64,000 nucleotides of DNA, from the NCBI GenBank assembly GCA_044892525.1, contig CM097885.1, positions 7,318,001 through 7,382,000 of the forward strand, written 5' to 3'. The number at the start of each line of letters is the position of its first letter. The stretch's first letter is position 1. The DNA is from Schmidtea polychroa (lineage: Eukaryota). This document shows, piece by piece, positions 1 to 14,082 of this stretch. A program made the position numbers and the translations under genes. Below the pieces are notes generated by a model that saw nothing but the letters and a program-made list of their open reading frames with translations, was not told the origin of the DNA and made no database searches.

Positions 1-2016
1 TTAAATTTATCAATTAAATTTATCACCATATAAACTTTTAATCAGTCAACATGAAATTCTTAGAAAATTATTCAATATCCTCATCAAAATTTATCCTATC
101 ACTTGATTATTGTAAAAACTCTAATTATTAACCTCATTAAAAATAAATTTTTATTTAAAATTTAAAAACAAGTCAATAAAAATACATCCAATTATCAAGA
201 AATTAATTAAATTTATCTTAGAACTAACTTTAAATTTTTAAATATTCTTTCAATAAACATGAAATTTACAAAAATGATAAAAATTCACAAAAATGATAGA
301 AATTCACGAAAATGATAGATTTCCACAAAAATTACAGATATTCACAAAAAATTACGGAAATTCATGAAAATAATAGAAATTCACAAAAAACGATAAAAAT
401 TCACAAAAATGATAGAAATTCGCAAAAATAATAGAAAATTACAAAAAATGATGGAAATTCACAAAAATGATAGAAATTTACTTGAATATTTATTAAAACC
501 ATCAACTCTAAAACTTATCAATGAATGCCTTAAACAACAAATTTGTCTAAATAATCATTCAAATAAAAGCATTAAATGATCAGTACCCTTGCGACATGTT
601 GAATGTGAGTAGTACCCTTGTGAGCAATACCCATAGGGGGACAGAATATTTTGTCGGATAAACTCAGAGTATATATAATAAAACTCATTTAAATTTATCA
701 TTGAATCAGTAAAATTATCATAAATTTTGATAAAAATTCTAAAGTGGTAAGCAATGTAAAATGAAAAGTGAAATATTCTTTAAACTTTGATAAAATTAGC
801 AATGAAGGTGGTAAGAATCTTCATTAAAGTGAGGAAATTAATCATTACTCGATGATAAATTCAAATGGGTGAAAATAATTGATAGAATAATTCATTAATG
901 TAGGTAAATACTGAGAATGGGCATAGATAAGAAGAAGGTTGATAAGAATGGAAATATATTAATTGAATTTATTTAAAATTATTTCATAAAATTCATAAAT
1001 TTAATAAAAAAAAACTTTTAAAACAAATATTTGTGGGGCTGTTATGTGGGGTTGTTATTTCACGGCCTGTTATGTAATAAAATAGTTTAAATTATATATC
1101 CTTCTCATTTATATTCCCCCGATTCTCTATTTTCCACTAATTAATCACTAATATCCCCCCGATTTTCCATTAATAAATCACTTATAAATCACTTAATAAA
1201 TCCGTGTTCGTAAGTTACTGGTTGTTGGTACTACGTTGTTGGTATCGTGTACTTGGTAGTTGGTATGATGTTGTTAGTATCTAGTTGTAGGTTGATATTT
1301 GTTAATTTCTCGATGGGTTTTGATGGTGGTTGTTAGTATGTGGCTGTAAGTGTTTAGTATTTTGTTGTTTGAAACATAGTGGTTAGTACATGGTAACTAG
1401 TTAATGGGTAGGTGGTGGTTGAGTGTTAGCAATACCCTTACGACTAGTACCCTTACAACCAGTACCCTTACGACCAGTACCCTTAGGGGGTCAAAACATC
1501 CTGTCGGATAAACTCAGAGTATATATAATAAAACTGATCAACAATAAGTATTTATTGAATGTGATTTTTACTTTGCAATAATAAGTCAGTAGTTATCATT
1601 TAAAAGAAGAATGTTTTGTAAATTAGAATTCATTAGTCTTTCATTGTAATTTAAATTATTTTGAATTTCAAGTGGTGTTTTAAAGTGATTGAGTTGTGGT
1701 TTTTTGATGAAAATCATCATTTTTGTTAAATTTTGACATTTTGAAAAGGTTTTTCTACTGATTGTAATTAAAATTATTATAGAAGCTGTATAAAAAATAT
1801 TAATTTAAAAAAAAATACAATTCATAAAATACAATAAAGAATATTTAGTTGATTGTAAGTAGATAGTTGTAAGTATGAGGTTGTTTGAGAGTTAGTTAGT
1901 ACGTGGTATCATGTTGAAAGTATTTGGTACTTATTTGTTAGCACCTAGTTAAAAATATTTAGTAACCGATTGTTGGTAACTGTTTAATGATTATTATAAT
2001 TATTATTATTATTATA

Positions 2017-2071
<55 letters not shown>

Positions 2072-5000
2072 CATTAAAATTTTCCATTTAAATTTTCATT
2101 ATAAATTACATTTCTCAAAAAAGTTGGTGGTTATTCAATCTTTTGATAATAAATTTAAAAATCTTACTTTAATTTAGTTATTTAGCTTTAATTTAAAATT
2201 TGAACCATTGGTTACTTAATTTTAAATTTTAAACCTTAATTTACTTATTTAAAATTTTAAACTTTAATTTACTTATCCTTAATTTACCTATTTATCCTTT
2301 ATTACTTAATTTTACACCATAATTTACTAAACAAATAATTATAACCATTATTTTCATATTTAACTAATAATTTCACGTGGTCATTGATTAATTGACGAAG
2401 ATTTGCATCTAAAATTAATATTGAAAATCCCAGAAATCTTTCATCTTAAATTGACTTTAACTTTAATATTTTAGATCATTGATTAGTTAATTTAAAAATT
2501 AAACATTAATTTACCTATTTAACCAATAATTTCATGTGGTCATCTAGTTGTAAGTGTTTGGTATCTAGTTGACAGTGCTTAGTACTAGGTATCTTGTACT
2601 TGGTTGTTAGTACTTGGTTGATAATGCTTAGTACCTGGTTGATGTTGGTTGTGATGCAAAGCTTGGTTTTACCTACCGCTCCAAAGAGAAGGTCGGATCC
2701 TGGCGGATGAGCTTCAACCTCAAAGCGGTCATTGCATAACTGGTTTGGTTTTTAAACGAAATATTTTCTTCTGTGTTCCCATGAGGGATCATCAGTCATC
2801 ACTACGCTGGTAGCCAAGGATTTGAGCACTATTATGCAGTGCTTCACGGGAATATCAGAGATAAAACCGCTCAATGATTTGATATTGGCGAGTTATCAAA
2901 TCATTTACATGTTTGTTATGTGTCAGTTGGTTATTTATGCCTCTGACTACATTTCTTCTTGCTTTTTTAGTCTACCCTAAAAGACTCATTTCTGATCCGG
3001 GGTCCGTTAGGGTACTTGCACTAATAAGCACTTTGTGCCATTAGATGCAATTAGGTATATTATTTTTATTCCCTGGGCCCAAGCCCTTCTCCTGTGTCGC
3101 AGACAGTAGGTGGTAGTTAGTTGTTAGTATCTAGTTGTAGGTACTTAGTAGTTGGTAATTAATGCTTAGTACCTGGTGGTTGTGGGTTGTGAGTACTTGG
3201 TAGGTGGTTGTAGGTACTTTGTAACTGGTTGCTAGTTTCTAGTTGTAGGTATCTGGTTGATGTTGGTTGTATGTACTTGGTAGGTACTTAGTAGTTGGTA
3301 ATTAATGCTTAGTATCTGGTTGATGTTGGTTGTGAATAGTTGGTAGGTGGTTGTAGATAGTTAGTAGTTGGTAACTGTTTGTTAGTTGTTAGTACTTGGT
3401 AGTTGGTTGTATTTACTTGGTATCAGGTAACTGGTTGTTAGTATCTAGTTGTAGGTACTTAGTAGTTGGTAATTAATGCTTAGTACCTGGTTATTGTCGG
3501 TTGTGAGTAGTTGGTATCAGGTTGTTAGTAACTAGTTGTAGGTTGTTAGTACTTGGTAATTGGTAATTAATGCTTAGTACCTGGTTGTTGTGGGTTGTGA
3601 GTACTTGGTAGGTGGTAGCTAGTTGTTAGCTGGTTGTAACTAGTTAATGGGTAGGTGGTTGTAGGTACTTGGTAACTGGTTGCTAGTATCTAGTTGTAGG
3701 TATCTGGTTGATGTTGGTTGTAAGTAGTTGGTAGGTGGTTGTCGGTACTTAGTAGTTGGTAATTAATGCTTAGTACCTGGTGGTTGTGGGTTGTGAGTAC
3801 TTGGTAGGTGGTTGTAGGTAGTTAATGGGTAGGTGGTTGTAGGTACTTGGTAACTGGTTGCTAGTTTCTAGTTGTAGGTATCTGGTTGATGTTGGTTGTA
3901 TGTACTTGGTAGGTACTTAGTAGTTGGCAATTAATGCTTAGTATCTGGTTGATCTTGGTTATGAATAGTTGGTAGGTGGTTGTAGGTAGTTAGTAGTTGG
4001 TAACTGGTTGTTAGTTATTAGTACTTGGTAGGTGGTAGTTAGTTGTTACCTGGTTGTAACTAGTTAATCGGTAGGTGGTTGTAGGTACTTGGTAACTGGT
4101 TGCTAGTATCTAGTTGTAGGTATCTGGTTGATGTTGGTTGTATGTACTTGGTAGGTACTTAGTAGTTGGTAATTAATGCTTAGTATCTGGTTGATGTTGG
4201 TTGTGAGTAGTTGGTAGGTGGTTGTAGGTACTTGGTTGTAAGTAGTTGGTATCTAGTACCTAGTTGGTTGTAGGTAGTTAGTAGTTGGTAACTGGTTGTT
4301 AGTTGTTAGTACTTGGTAGGTGGTTGTATTTACTTGGTATCAGGTAACTGGTTGTTAGTAACTAGTTGTAGATACTTGGTAGCTAGTTGGTTGTAAGTAT
4401 CTGGTTGTTTGAGAGTTAGTTAGCACGTGGTATCTAGTTGTAAGTACTTGGTAGCAGGTAACTAGTTGTTACTAGTTACATTAAAAATTATCTTAAAAAT
4501 TTCCATCTAAAATTATCATTGAAAAATATTTCATAAAAATTTCCATTAAAAATTACTTAAAAATTATTCATAAAAAATTTTCATTAAAAATTTCCATTAA
4601 AAATTATTCATAAAAAATTTTCATTAAAAAATTTCAATTCTCAAACACCTTCTATTATTTCAACTTTTTGTTAATAAATTTAAAAATCTTACTTTAATTT
4701 ACTTATTACATTACTTTAATTTACTTATTTAAAAATTATTACTATAATTTACTTATTTAAAATTTTTTACTTTGATTACTTAATTTTAAAATTTGGACCT
4801 TAATTAACTTTAATTTAATTTTTAGAACCTTAATTTACTTTAATTGTAAAATTTGGACCATAATTTACTTTAATTGAAAAATCTGAGCCCATAATTACTT
4901 TAATTCAATTTTTAGACCCATAATTTACTGTAATTTAATTTTTTAGGACCATAATTTACTTTATTTGAAAAATTTGGACCATTATTTACTGTAATTCAAT

Positions 5001-5438
5001 TTTTAGACCCTTTATTTATTGTAATTCAAAAATTTGGACCATTATTTACTTTAATTCAGAAATCTTAGCCTATAATTTACTGTAATTCAATTTTTAGACC
5101 CATAATTTGCTTTATTTTAAAAAATTTACCATGTTTTTTAGTGTAGACCACCTTTTTCTATTGAAATTCTCAGGACCAAGAATACCCCCCTGAATTGAAC
5201 TAGAAAAATCCATGCTTTTTTAGTGATGATCGGATTTTTGTATTGAAAAATTTTTTGTGTATTGAAAATCCCAGGACCATCGAGACCCCCTCACTATAGT
5301 CTGATAAAATAAAATTTGGACTAAAAATCCCTGAAAGCAAAAAAATGAGTTTTGAATAATTGCGTAATAAAAAGTTGGAACAATTTAATCCCCCCCCCCC
5401 CGGGGGTTATTTTTCCAGCGGGCTACTAACTACCTACT
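1..5438. mobile_element. Right part of a related non-coding Polinton-like TIR element (left end outside window)
   Basis: Ends GGGCTACTAACTACCTACT at 5438. 4490-5438 is reverse-complementary to ~14083-15770, 1440-2650 to ~16350-17540, and 1-1020 to ~22050-23078. Confidence 0.8.
3106..4480 (+). repeat. Degenerate GT-rich short-period repeat array (TAGTACTTGG, GGTTGTAGG, TAGTTG); mirror array at 15790-16450
   Basis: Directly visible shuffled 8-12-nt motifs with strong strand bias. Confidence 0.85.
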
Positions 5439-6730
5439 GGGTACCAAGTACCAGTTACTAAGCATTGTCAGCCAAGTACTAACAACCAAACACCAAGTAC
5501 CATGTACTAACAACATCCAAGTACTATCAACCACATACTTACACATAAGATACTAACAATTAAATACAAAATATTCTTCAATACATACACTATCTTGTCA
5601 AAATCTAAAAAGTCAACCAGATACCAAGTACTTACAACCAACCACTATGTACTAACAAATAGATCATTAAAAGAAAATTCTCTTCACTTGAAAAATTAAT
5701 TGAACTCAAGGAAATAACTAGGTAAAAATTGAATAAATCAATGTCAAATTTAGATTATTCAAAACATACTAAATAAATATCATAAAATGTAATTAATGAA
5801 TAAGAAAGAACTTTAAATTCAAGTCATTAATTATCCAGTAAATAAAAAATACTGATCATTCAAGTTAATATGAATCAACTAAGATAATAAATTAATAAGA
5901 ATTTTGAAATAAGATCTAGTAGATAATTGATTTAGATTGAATAAATTAATTGAAATAAATTAATTTTAATTATTTTTTTTAAAAGTAATACATATATACT
6001 CAAGTTTATTGACTGATTGATCAAATTATTCATTTACAATTATCAAAGTCAACAATATCTTAAAAATAAATTCCTAAAGAGACTGTTATAAGCCCACTAA
6101 TGATAACATCTAATAAACCAGTAAATTCATTTAAATGACAATATTCTACCATCCAATCGAATTCTCCAGTAAAATCCTCTAAAAAGCGTCAAATTTCTCT
6201 GAAATATCTATCAATATTTAAAGATTAGTATTTTAACGATAAGTAAGACCCCCTTTTTTGCATTGAAAATATCTTGAGATCTTAAATTACTATGGCTTTT
6301 TAACAAGAATTGGATTTTGTATTGAAAATCCCAGGAGACCCACTCAAATTATACTTAAAAATATCCAATATTTTTTATTGAAGACCCTATTTTGTATTGA
6401 AAATATCCTGAGATCTTAAATTACTATGACTTTTTTAACGATAGTCGGATTTTGTATAGAAAATCCCAGGACCAATGAGACCTGCCTTAAAAATACTCAG
6501 AAATATCTATGGTTTTTTAGTCATAGTCGTATTTTGTATTGAAATTCTCAAAATCCATCGAGACTCCTTCAATATAATCAAAAAAAACATGGCTTTTTTC
6601 CTATAGGTCCATTTTTGTACTGAAAATCCCAGAAAAAAATAAGCGTGGCCCTCTGTAGCAGTTACTTAACCGTTGAGCAAAAATAATTTCTGCAAAAATA
6701 ACTGCTGCAGATGGCCACTAACTACCTACT
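5439..6730. mobile_element. Right end of an older, diverged element of the same family (host of the 1-5438 insertion)
   Basis: Ends GCCACTAACTACCTACT at 6730. Contains degenerate GTATTGAAAATCCCAGGA subrepeats. 5550-6140 resembles 17750-18345. Confidence 0.7.
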
Positions 6731-6833
6731 TTTTTATTATTATTATCATTATAATCATTGTCGCCAGTAACTTGAATATTTCGGAAATATTTAGAAATCC
6801 GTTATCGCTGAAAAGCAAAAAGATAGCAATGAT

Positions 6834-7560
6834 ATGTATTGTATAGAGAAACAAGACCCATTCGAAAAGATACTGGAAATAAATATGAGCTCAAATGCAG
6901 TATTTCTTTTAAATATAAATTTTGTCTTACCTCTTGCGCCGGCTTTGCCAGTTATTCGAAAGAAGATTGTTTACGACGGAGTGCATTTTCAAATGGATAA
7001 TAACTTCGTGGGACTTTCTCCCACAACTAGAACAGAGTGTCAACTTGTTCTCACTTATAAAACAAAGCAGTACAAATTATACTAATTTTATAAAATTTTA
7101 AATATTTATATTTCCAGGAATGGTAATCGGTTAATCTATTTTACTTTAAACTCCTCTTTTCCCATTACAAAGATTCGATTTGATGAGCCGTTTGAAGGAA
7201 TTCCATTCAAAGTTTACTATTCTTGCAAATTTATTTCAGTATATTCTACTTCGTCGTCTTTCGTCATGGATCAAGGATCAATTTATGCTTCACAGAATGT
7301 AACCCCCTTAGAACCTGTCATTGGATTGCCATTTCGACAGATTTTCACTGTTCGATGGAATCATCCAAATTATTATCCGGAAGCTTACGTTGTGGCAGTT
7401 TATGAACTCGATGAAACCTTTAGGGAAAAATGTCTGAAAGTTTTTCGTTTATTTTCAGAAAAAATTAGAGTAAGTTTAAATGAAAAATTTTATTTTCTGG
7501 GTAAATAGTGACATGGTTGACACTTTGGTCTTTCAATAATTACCTGGACTACCACATAAC
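6834..7560 (+). CDS. Possible host gene or pseudogene with tiny introns, unknown product (one exon weakly fibronectin type III-like)
   Basis: Coding-like composition. Short AT-rich gaps end TTTCCAG (7117) and TTTCAG (7239). Peptide FTVRWNHPNYYPEAYVVAVYE. Exon structure not fully resolved. Confidence 0.35.
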
Positions 7561-8725
7561 AATAAAAGTACTTGAACAATATTCTAATGAAAATATAATA
7601 TATTACCTATAGTTACAAAAATATATATTTTGTTTTAATATTCACCTTGATAGCAGCGTTGGAGAGCACACTTTAAATTTATTTGTCAAACCATGCTACA
7701 TCCTGTGTATCATCGAAGTGTGAATAAATTCTTTATTTTTGTGTGGTGATAACAGTGAGCAAATATAGAATCAGCTGTAGACAACTAATGACAATATATG
7801 CTTCTCTCGTCGTCCCTGTGAAATTTAGGACCAAAAAAACTGATTTGCAAATAATGAAGGAATAATGTTAAATCACTATCAAGGATATCTCGCAGCAGTT
7901 GAATGTCAATATTGCACATCTGCATGCCATTTTGAAGGATATCTTACTTATAACACTGAAAGCGCTTGTAAAGTAGTTAGTTTGGGGGAAAAGTAAAAAG
8001 ATTGGACAAAAAACATGTGATAGTTTGTTACGCTTTCTGACGATAGTATGTCTCTATAACTCATTGTCAGGCGTGCACCCGGCTTCCTGCTTATGTTTCA
8101 CGTTTCAAAATGTGACTGGTCCCTGTTGATTCCTCTTCTTGCCCAAAGATTTGAGGATGACAGCGCTTTTGTATGTGGAGATGCTTTAGATAAAACATCC
8201 ACCAGAACAACATATTGGTCGTTGTACAACAATTTTTTAACAAGATTTCAGCCTCATGCCACACAGCTAGGCTCTAGTAGATAACGTACATTATCTTAAT
8301 CACATTTAAAATCTGTGGGTAATTATAAAAGGGAAGATAAGGACACGCGACATACGAACATTTATCACTTACATCAACAAATAAAGAAAGCCTGATTCTC
8401 AGAAGTAACGTACGAGCAATGAATTGAACTTTTTGAGTTTATTCCACGTTGAACCACAGCCTAAATCTCCATTTTATATTACTCACCTGGTAAAATCCCA
8501 AAAAAGATAAAAGAATATTCAATCTAGATTGTTAAAATCAAATAACAATATTAAAAATAATTATTTAATGTTTTCTGATTTATTGTAGTGATTATATTAA
8601 CATTTAGTTCATATTTGACTGTCCCGGTGGAGAGCCACATTGTGCATTACTAAACATGTCGTTTTTTAAATGTATAATCTAATTTTTCAATAATTTGATT
8701 CCGAAAATTTAATTAACAAATCAAA

Positions 8726-10083
8726 ATGAAACACTATTAAATGAGAAATTAACACTATTAAATGAAATTAACACTATTAAATGAGAAATTAATACTATTA
8801 AAGGAGAAATTAACACTATTAATTGAGAAATTAACACTATTAAATGAAATTAACACTATTAAATGAGAAATTAACACTATTAAATGAAATTAACACTATT
8901 AAATGAAATTAACACTATTAAATGAGAAATTAACACTATTAAATGAAATTAACACTATTAAATGAGAAATTAATACTATTAAAGGAGAAATTAACACTAT
9001 TAATTGAGAAATTAACACTATTAAATGAAATTAACACTATTAAATGAGAAATTAACACTATTAAATGAAATTAACACTATTAAATGAAATTAACACTATT
9101 AAATGAGAAATTAACACTATTAAATGAGAAATTAACACTATTAAATGAGAAATTAACACTGTTAAATGAGAAATTAACACTATTAAAGGAGAAATTAACA
9201 CTATTAAATGAGAAATTAATACTATTAAATGAGAAATTAACACTGTTAAATGAGAAATTAACACTATTAAAGGAGAAATTAACAATATTAAATGAGAAAT
9301 GAACACTATTAAATGAGAAATTAACACTATTAAAGGAGAAATTAACACTATTAAATGAGAAATTAACACTATTAAATGAGAAATTAATACTATTAAATGA
9401 GAAATTAACACTGTTAAATGAGAAATTAACACTATTAAATGAGAAATTAACACTGTTAAATGAGAAATTAACACTATTAAAGGAGAAATTAACAATATTA
9501 AATGAGAAATTAACACTATTAAATGAGAAATTAACACTATTAAATGAGAAATTAATACTATTAAATGAGAAATTAACACTGTTAAATGAGAAATTAACAC
9601 TATTAAAGGAGAAATTAACACTATTAAATGAGAAATTAATACTATTAAATGAGAAATTAACACTGTTAAATGAGAAATTAACACTATTAAAGGAGAAATT
9701 AACAATATTAAATGAGAAATTAACACTATTAAATGAGAAATTAACACTATTAAAGGAGAAATTAACACTATTAAATGAGAAATTAACACTATTAAATGAG
9801 AAATTAACACTATTAAATGAGAAATTAACACTATTAAAGGAGAAATTAACACTGTTAAATGAGAAATTAACACTATTAAAGGAGAAATTAACACTATTAA
9901 ATGAAAAATTAACACTATTAAAGGAGAAATTAACACTATTAAAGGAGAAATTAACACTGTTAAATGAGAAATTAACACTGTTAAATGAGAAATCAACACT
10001 ATTAAATGAGAAATTAACACTATTAAAGGAGAAATTAACATTATTAAATGAAATTAACACTATTAAATGAAATTAACACTATT
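8726..10083 (+). repeat. 21-bp minisatellite (TTAACACTATTAAATGAGAAA) with 19-bp variants
   Basis: Directly visible, about 65 units. It explains the 326-aa ISHLIVL and NSVNFSF ORFs. Confidence 0.97.
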
Positions 10084-10219
10084 ACATTTCAAAGTCATTT
10101 GAATAGATTACAAACCTTATAAAGGGACATAAAATGTTTGCTTCCGTTTAATAAATATTTTTAGTTATTGCTACACTAAGATCCAAAAGAATAAAAGAAT
10201 GAAAAATAGAGGTAATTAG

Positions 10220-10775
10220 AATCATTTGGTGCTTTTATAGTGCTCAGAAAAAAACAATTGTTGAAGATGAGCTAGAAACTCTCTCTTTGTTTATATACCA
10301 GGATTTGGTCGGGCTTTAGCTCTCAAATAGCTATCTGAACCGATAGAACTTATTCTATACCCAAAACTTAATTATCTATTTGAAGCACATTTTAGAAAGA
10401 GAATCATGCTTATTAACAAAGATCATATTAGGGGAAATGAGTCAACTCAAATGTCATATCAAGATGATAATAATTTGTATGGGTGTGCTCTTTCTCAAAC
10501 TCTTCTAGTCGGTGGGTTCAGATGGTTAAAAGATAAGACTGAAATGGACAGTATTGTCGGGATATTTATGAGTGGCGGTGAGTTTGTTGGTGATCATGGT
10601 TATACTCTAGCGGTATATATTGTCATTTTTGACTGTATTCAAGATAAAATAAACAAAATAGACAATTTGTCTATAGACCTAGAACTTTGCTATCTACCTA
10701 ACAATAAAGTTTAGAAACTGCTTTTAACAAATGAATCAAAGACTACTTATGTGATTAATGGTAGAGTTTTATTAA
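10220..10775 (+). pseudogene. Decayed pPolB fragment (motif A region)
   Basis: INKDHIRGNESTQMSYQDDNNLYGCALSQTLLVGGFRW aligns with INKHHVEADESTQMSYLDVNNLYGWALSRKLPIGEFRW of the intact gene. Contains stops and frameshifts. Confidence 0.9.
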
Positions 10776-13700
10776 TGAAATATTAATGAATATCTGATTT
10801 TATGTACCACTAGCAAAAACGTCTGCTCGCCATTGTATATATAAGTAATTGATATAATAAATTTTTATAATTATGTAATTAAAATAAAAAAATTAATAAA
10901 AATTATTCAATTAACCTTTATCTGAAGACTTGACATGCTTTTAAAGATATTGTGATGACCCTAAAATGTATTTTGAGGTCAACGCACGCTGAAGCTCCCA
11001 CTACTCATAGTATTTAATAGTTTATTTAAAAATTGTTTTTTACTTTAAATTTCGTTTCACAATTATTATTATTATTATTATTTTGTTTTTAAATAAAATT
11101 TGATTCATTGTTTAATTTAATGGAATCGAATAATCTGAATGCCATCAAAATTAATACAATTTTTATTTATTTTTATTCACCTTATTTTTTTCTTACCATA
11201 ACATATTTTTATTAACAGTCTCTGTGAGAAAACTCAATTAATTAATTATAATTCAACAAAATAAATTATATTAATAATGAATTCAAAATAATAAAATAAA
11301 AAAATGAGTTATTTAATTTTTTGTTGTAATTACATTTATTTTTCTTAAATAAATTGTTTCAACTAATTAAACAAATTAAATTTAGGGTCAAAATGAAAGT
11401 TCAAAATCAAAACCGATAATCCCGAAAAATTGTGATCAATCTGTACCAATTGAAGATCTCGGTTACTACAAAAATAAGGCACAATGGAATTTCTTTATTG
11501 TGTTGAACATGGATGTCCCCTTGAAATTCAACTCTAGACATAAACTTTTTATTTCATGGCAACACTCCACTTTGCCACCTGAGAACAATTTCATTTATTT
11601 TGAACCGCTTCCAAATCTAAGTTAGATTGATTTATTTTTTCATTTCCAGTTATTCTCAATAATTTATATTATTTCACCATTGATTAATTATTTTCAATTG
11701 ATTTTCTAGCAGGCTTCAAATGAGTAAACGAGTCACTTATTGGTCAAATCAATTAATTCCATAAAATAAAATGTAGAGAAATCTAATGAAATTATATAGA
11801 CCATTTTTTAAAGTTGCTTTCCAAATTCTAATTCAAATAAACAATTAGAAATCACATATGATTTCCGTTGTCTGTCTGTCTGAATATAACGCTAGTAAAA
11901 AATTAAATTGATAAATAAATTTTTCTACTACTCTATAATTATAAGTAGATAAATATCAAAAACAATTATTTTAGTTAAAGAGACATCATATTATTGGCAA
12001 TTACTTAATAACTCGAAAATACTGTCATTAAAGAGCTTTTCAATTAAATAAGATTTTATATGGTTATATGTTTTGAATACAATTAAATATAAATTTTCTG
12101 CCGGGATTTTAATATATCGAAACTAAAAATTGCTCCGTCATTTTTGGCCGGTAACAGCTTGTAATAATCATATTTATTAAGTAAATTTCGCACAAAAGCT
12201 TTAAACAATCCAAAGGGTGGAGTTATTCGTTTTGGTCTGTTCGCGTTAGTAAGTATATTTATTAATGAAAATGAAGTTATTTACATTGAAGCATCTACGG
12301 GACGCTTCTGAAATAGTAAAGGGTTGAAACCATGTCATAAATTTATATTAGGGATATCTAGAATAAATGTATGGTCCTGTATTTTGAGCTAGAAATACCG
12401 CAACGTAATATATTTGACATCAATATATACTTGCGTTGCTGATAATTCGTGATGTAATATTACATCTCTCACGATTAAAATACACCGCCCCACACTCATT
12501 ACCTGGTTTCTTGAGGAACGAAGAATATCCGCAAATAAATAAGAAAAAACTCAATAATTTTATATGATAGAATTAAAATCTTAGCTGAGCATTGCATTTT
12601 GCCATTTCATGGAATATAGAAAAAAAGAATTGTATAGAAAAACCTATATTTCGAAATTAAATAAAGATCCAATCAAAAGCAGATAATTCAAATAAAAAGA
12701 ACAGAATCGTTAAATTTTATATTCAAACTATTTTTCTTAGACAGATCGAAGAGAATTATTTCTTAGTCGAAAATTTTCACTTTTATTTCAAGTAAACTTG
12801 AAACTTTTAGCAAAGCCTTTGCACCACTCACATTTACCTATAATAACATAAGAAAGTAAGGTCAAACCTATTGCATTTAGGGTGCCTCTTTAAACATGTC
12901 AATATTTATTACATAAATGTTTTCTTAGAGTGAGATAAAATTCATCTGGCAAAAGGTCTGTCAGAAATCATCATCCATCCACCTAACATCCACAATCTTG
13001 CCGTTACACATTTTCTTTAGTTTATGAATCTCAAATAACCTTTGAGTTCATCAAGAATCCTTAGACTACCATTTTGGTTTAATGTTTCATGGAATAGCGA
13101 ACGAGGTGAAAGATAAGATCTTCAAGATCATTTAGATCTAAATAGAGAATATATTCTGTAATTTTGCAACCATATTTTGTTACTTTTTCAATTATTTTTT
13201 CATTTTTAGATAGTGGAAAATTGAACATAAAAGCCTTTATTACGAATTCCGCCAATTATTATTTATTTCTCGGAAGTTCCAATCCATTACTTCAGGATGG
13301 TAAAATATTTTTTATTTTCTTTACTATAAACTTAATTTCTTTACGTGTATTTAATACAAAGAATAAATCGTACCTCAAATTAAAAGTTGTATACTTGAAG
13401 GCGATGTGTTCACAATATAACTCGGACTTGGGATACGATTCTGTTCAATTATATATGTGGTCTAACTATGTGATGAAGGACTGTAAGGTCGTGAGGACGT
13501 TAAGGTTTCATGTGATTTGATGAGAAAAATAGACATTACGGTTTAAGGTTAAATGTTATATGGTTTTTACTTTCGGATTCTCCATTCGTGTTTCCTTCTT
13601 GACAACTCAACTAAAGCAGATTTTTTTTTATTTTTATCTCAATGTAAATTAGATCCCAGTACTTCCACCAAACCCACCAAATATCATTTTAAATCCAACG

Positions 13701-14082
13701 GTACAATTTTGTTTGGCATTTTTGAAAATAAAAGATTTTCTCATTTCACCAGAGCTATTAGGTAAATATACGACTTTTTGGTTTTTTTATATTTATAGAA
13801 ATAGATAATAATAAAATATTTACTTAATTTAATTGATTTTTAATATTAATTGCCTAGTTGCAATTAGGAGGGGGCTGTTGAGGAATTTGAAAGATTCTTA
13901 AAGATTTAATTAGAAATTTTGTTAAATTTAAAAAATATTTTTATCGAAAAATATTTTAAAAGAAAAATTGAAATTTGTTTAAATTACAAAAATAAGAAAG
14001 ACAAGTTTTTGAGTGTACAATTTATTGAATAAAATTTATGGAATTATTTAGTGATTTGGAACCAGATATTAATGTTCTAACG

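Noticed and set aside
2775..2800. Minus-strand CTGATGA-TCCC-TCAT-GGGA hammerhead-like motif
   Set aside because: No GAAA core after stem II, and no stems I or III.
7600..8500. Moderately GC-rich, possibly decayed transposon coding sequence (also 12100-13750)
   Set aside because: I could not recover convincing motifs by eye; needs BLASTx.
9061..10060. Two 326-aa ORFs and a heptad NEKLTLL coiled-coil-like frame
   Set aside because: By-products of a 21-bp minisatellite; 19-bp units and a TGA break the frames and there is no unique coding flank.
8726..10083. CRISPR-like regular repeat
   Set aside because: No unique spacers and no cas genes; eukaryotic context.
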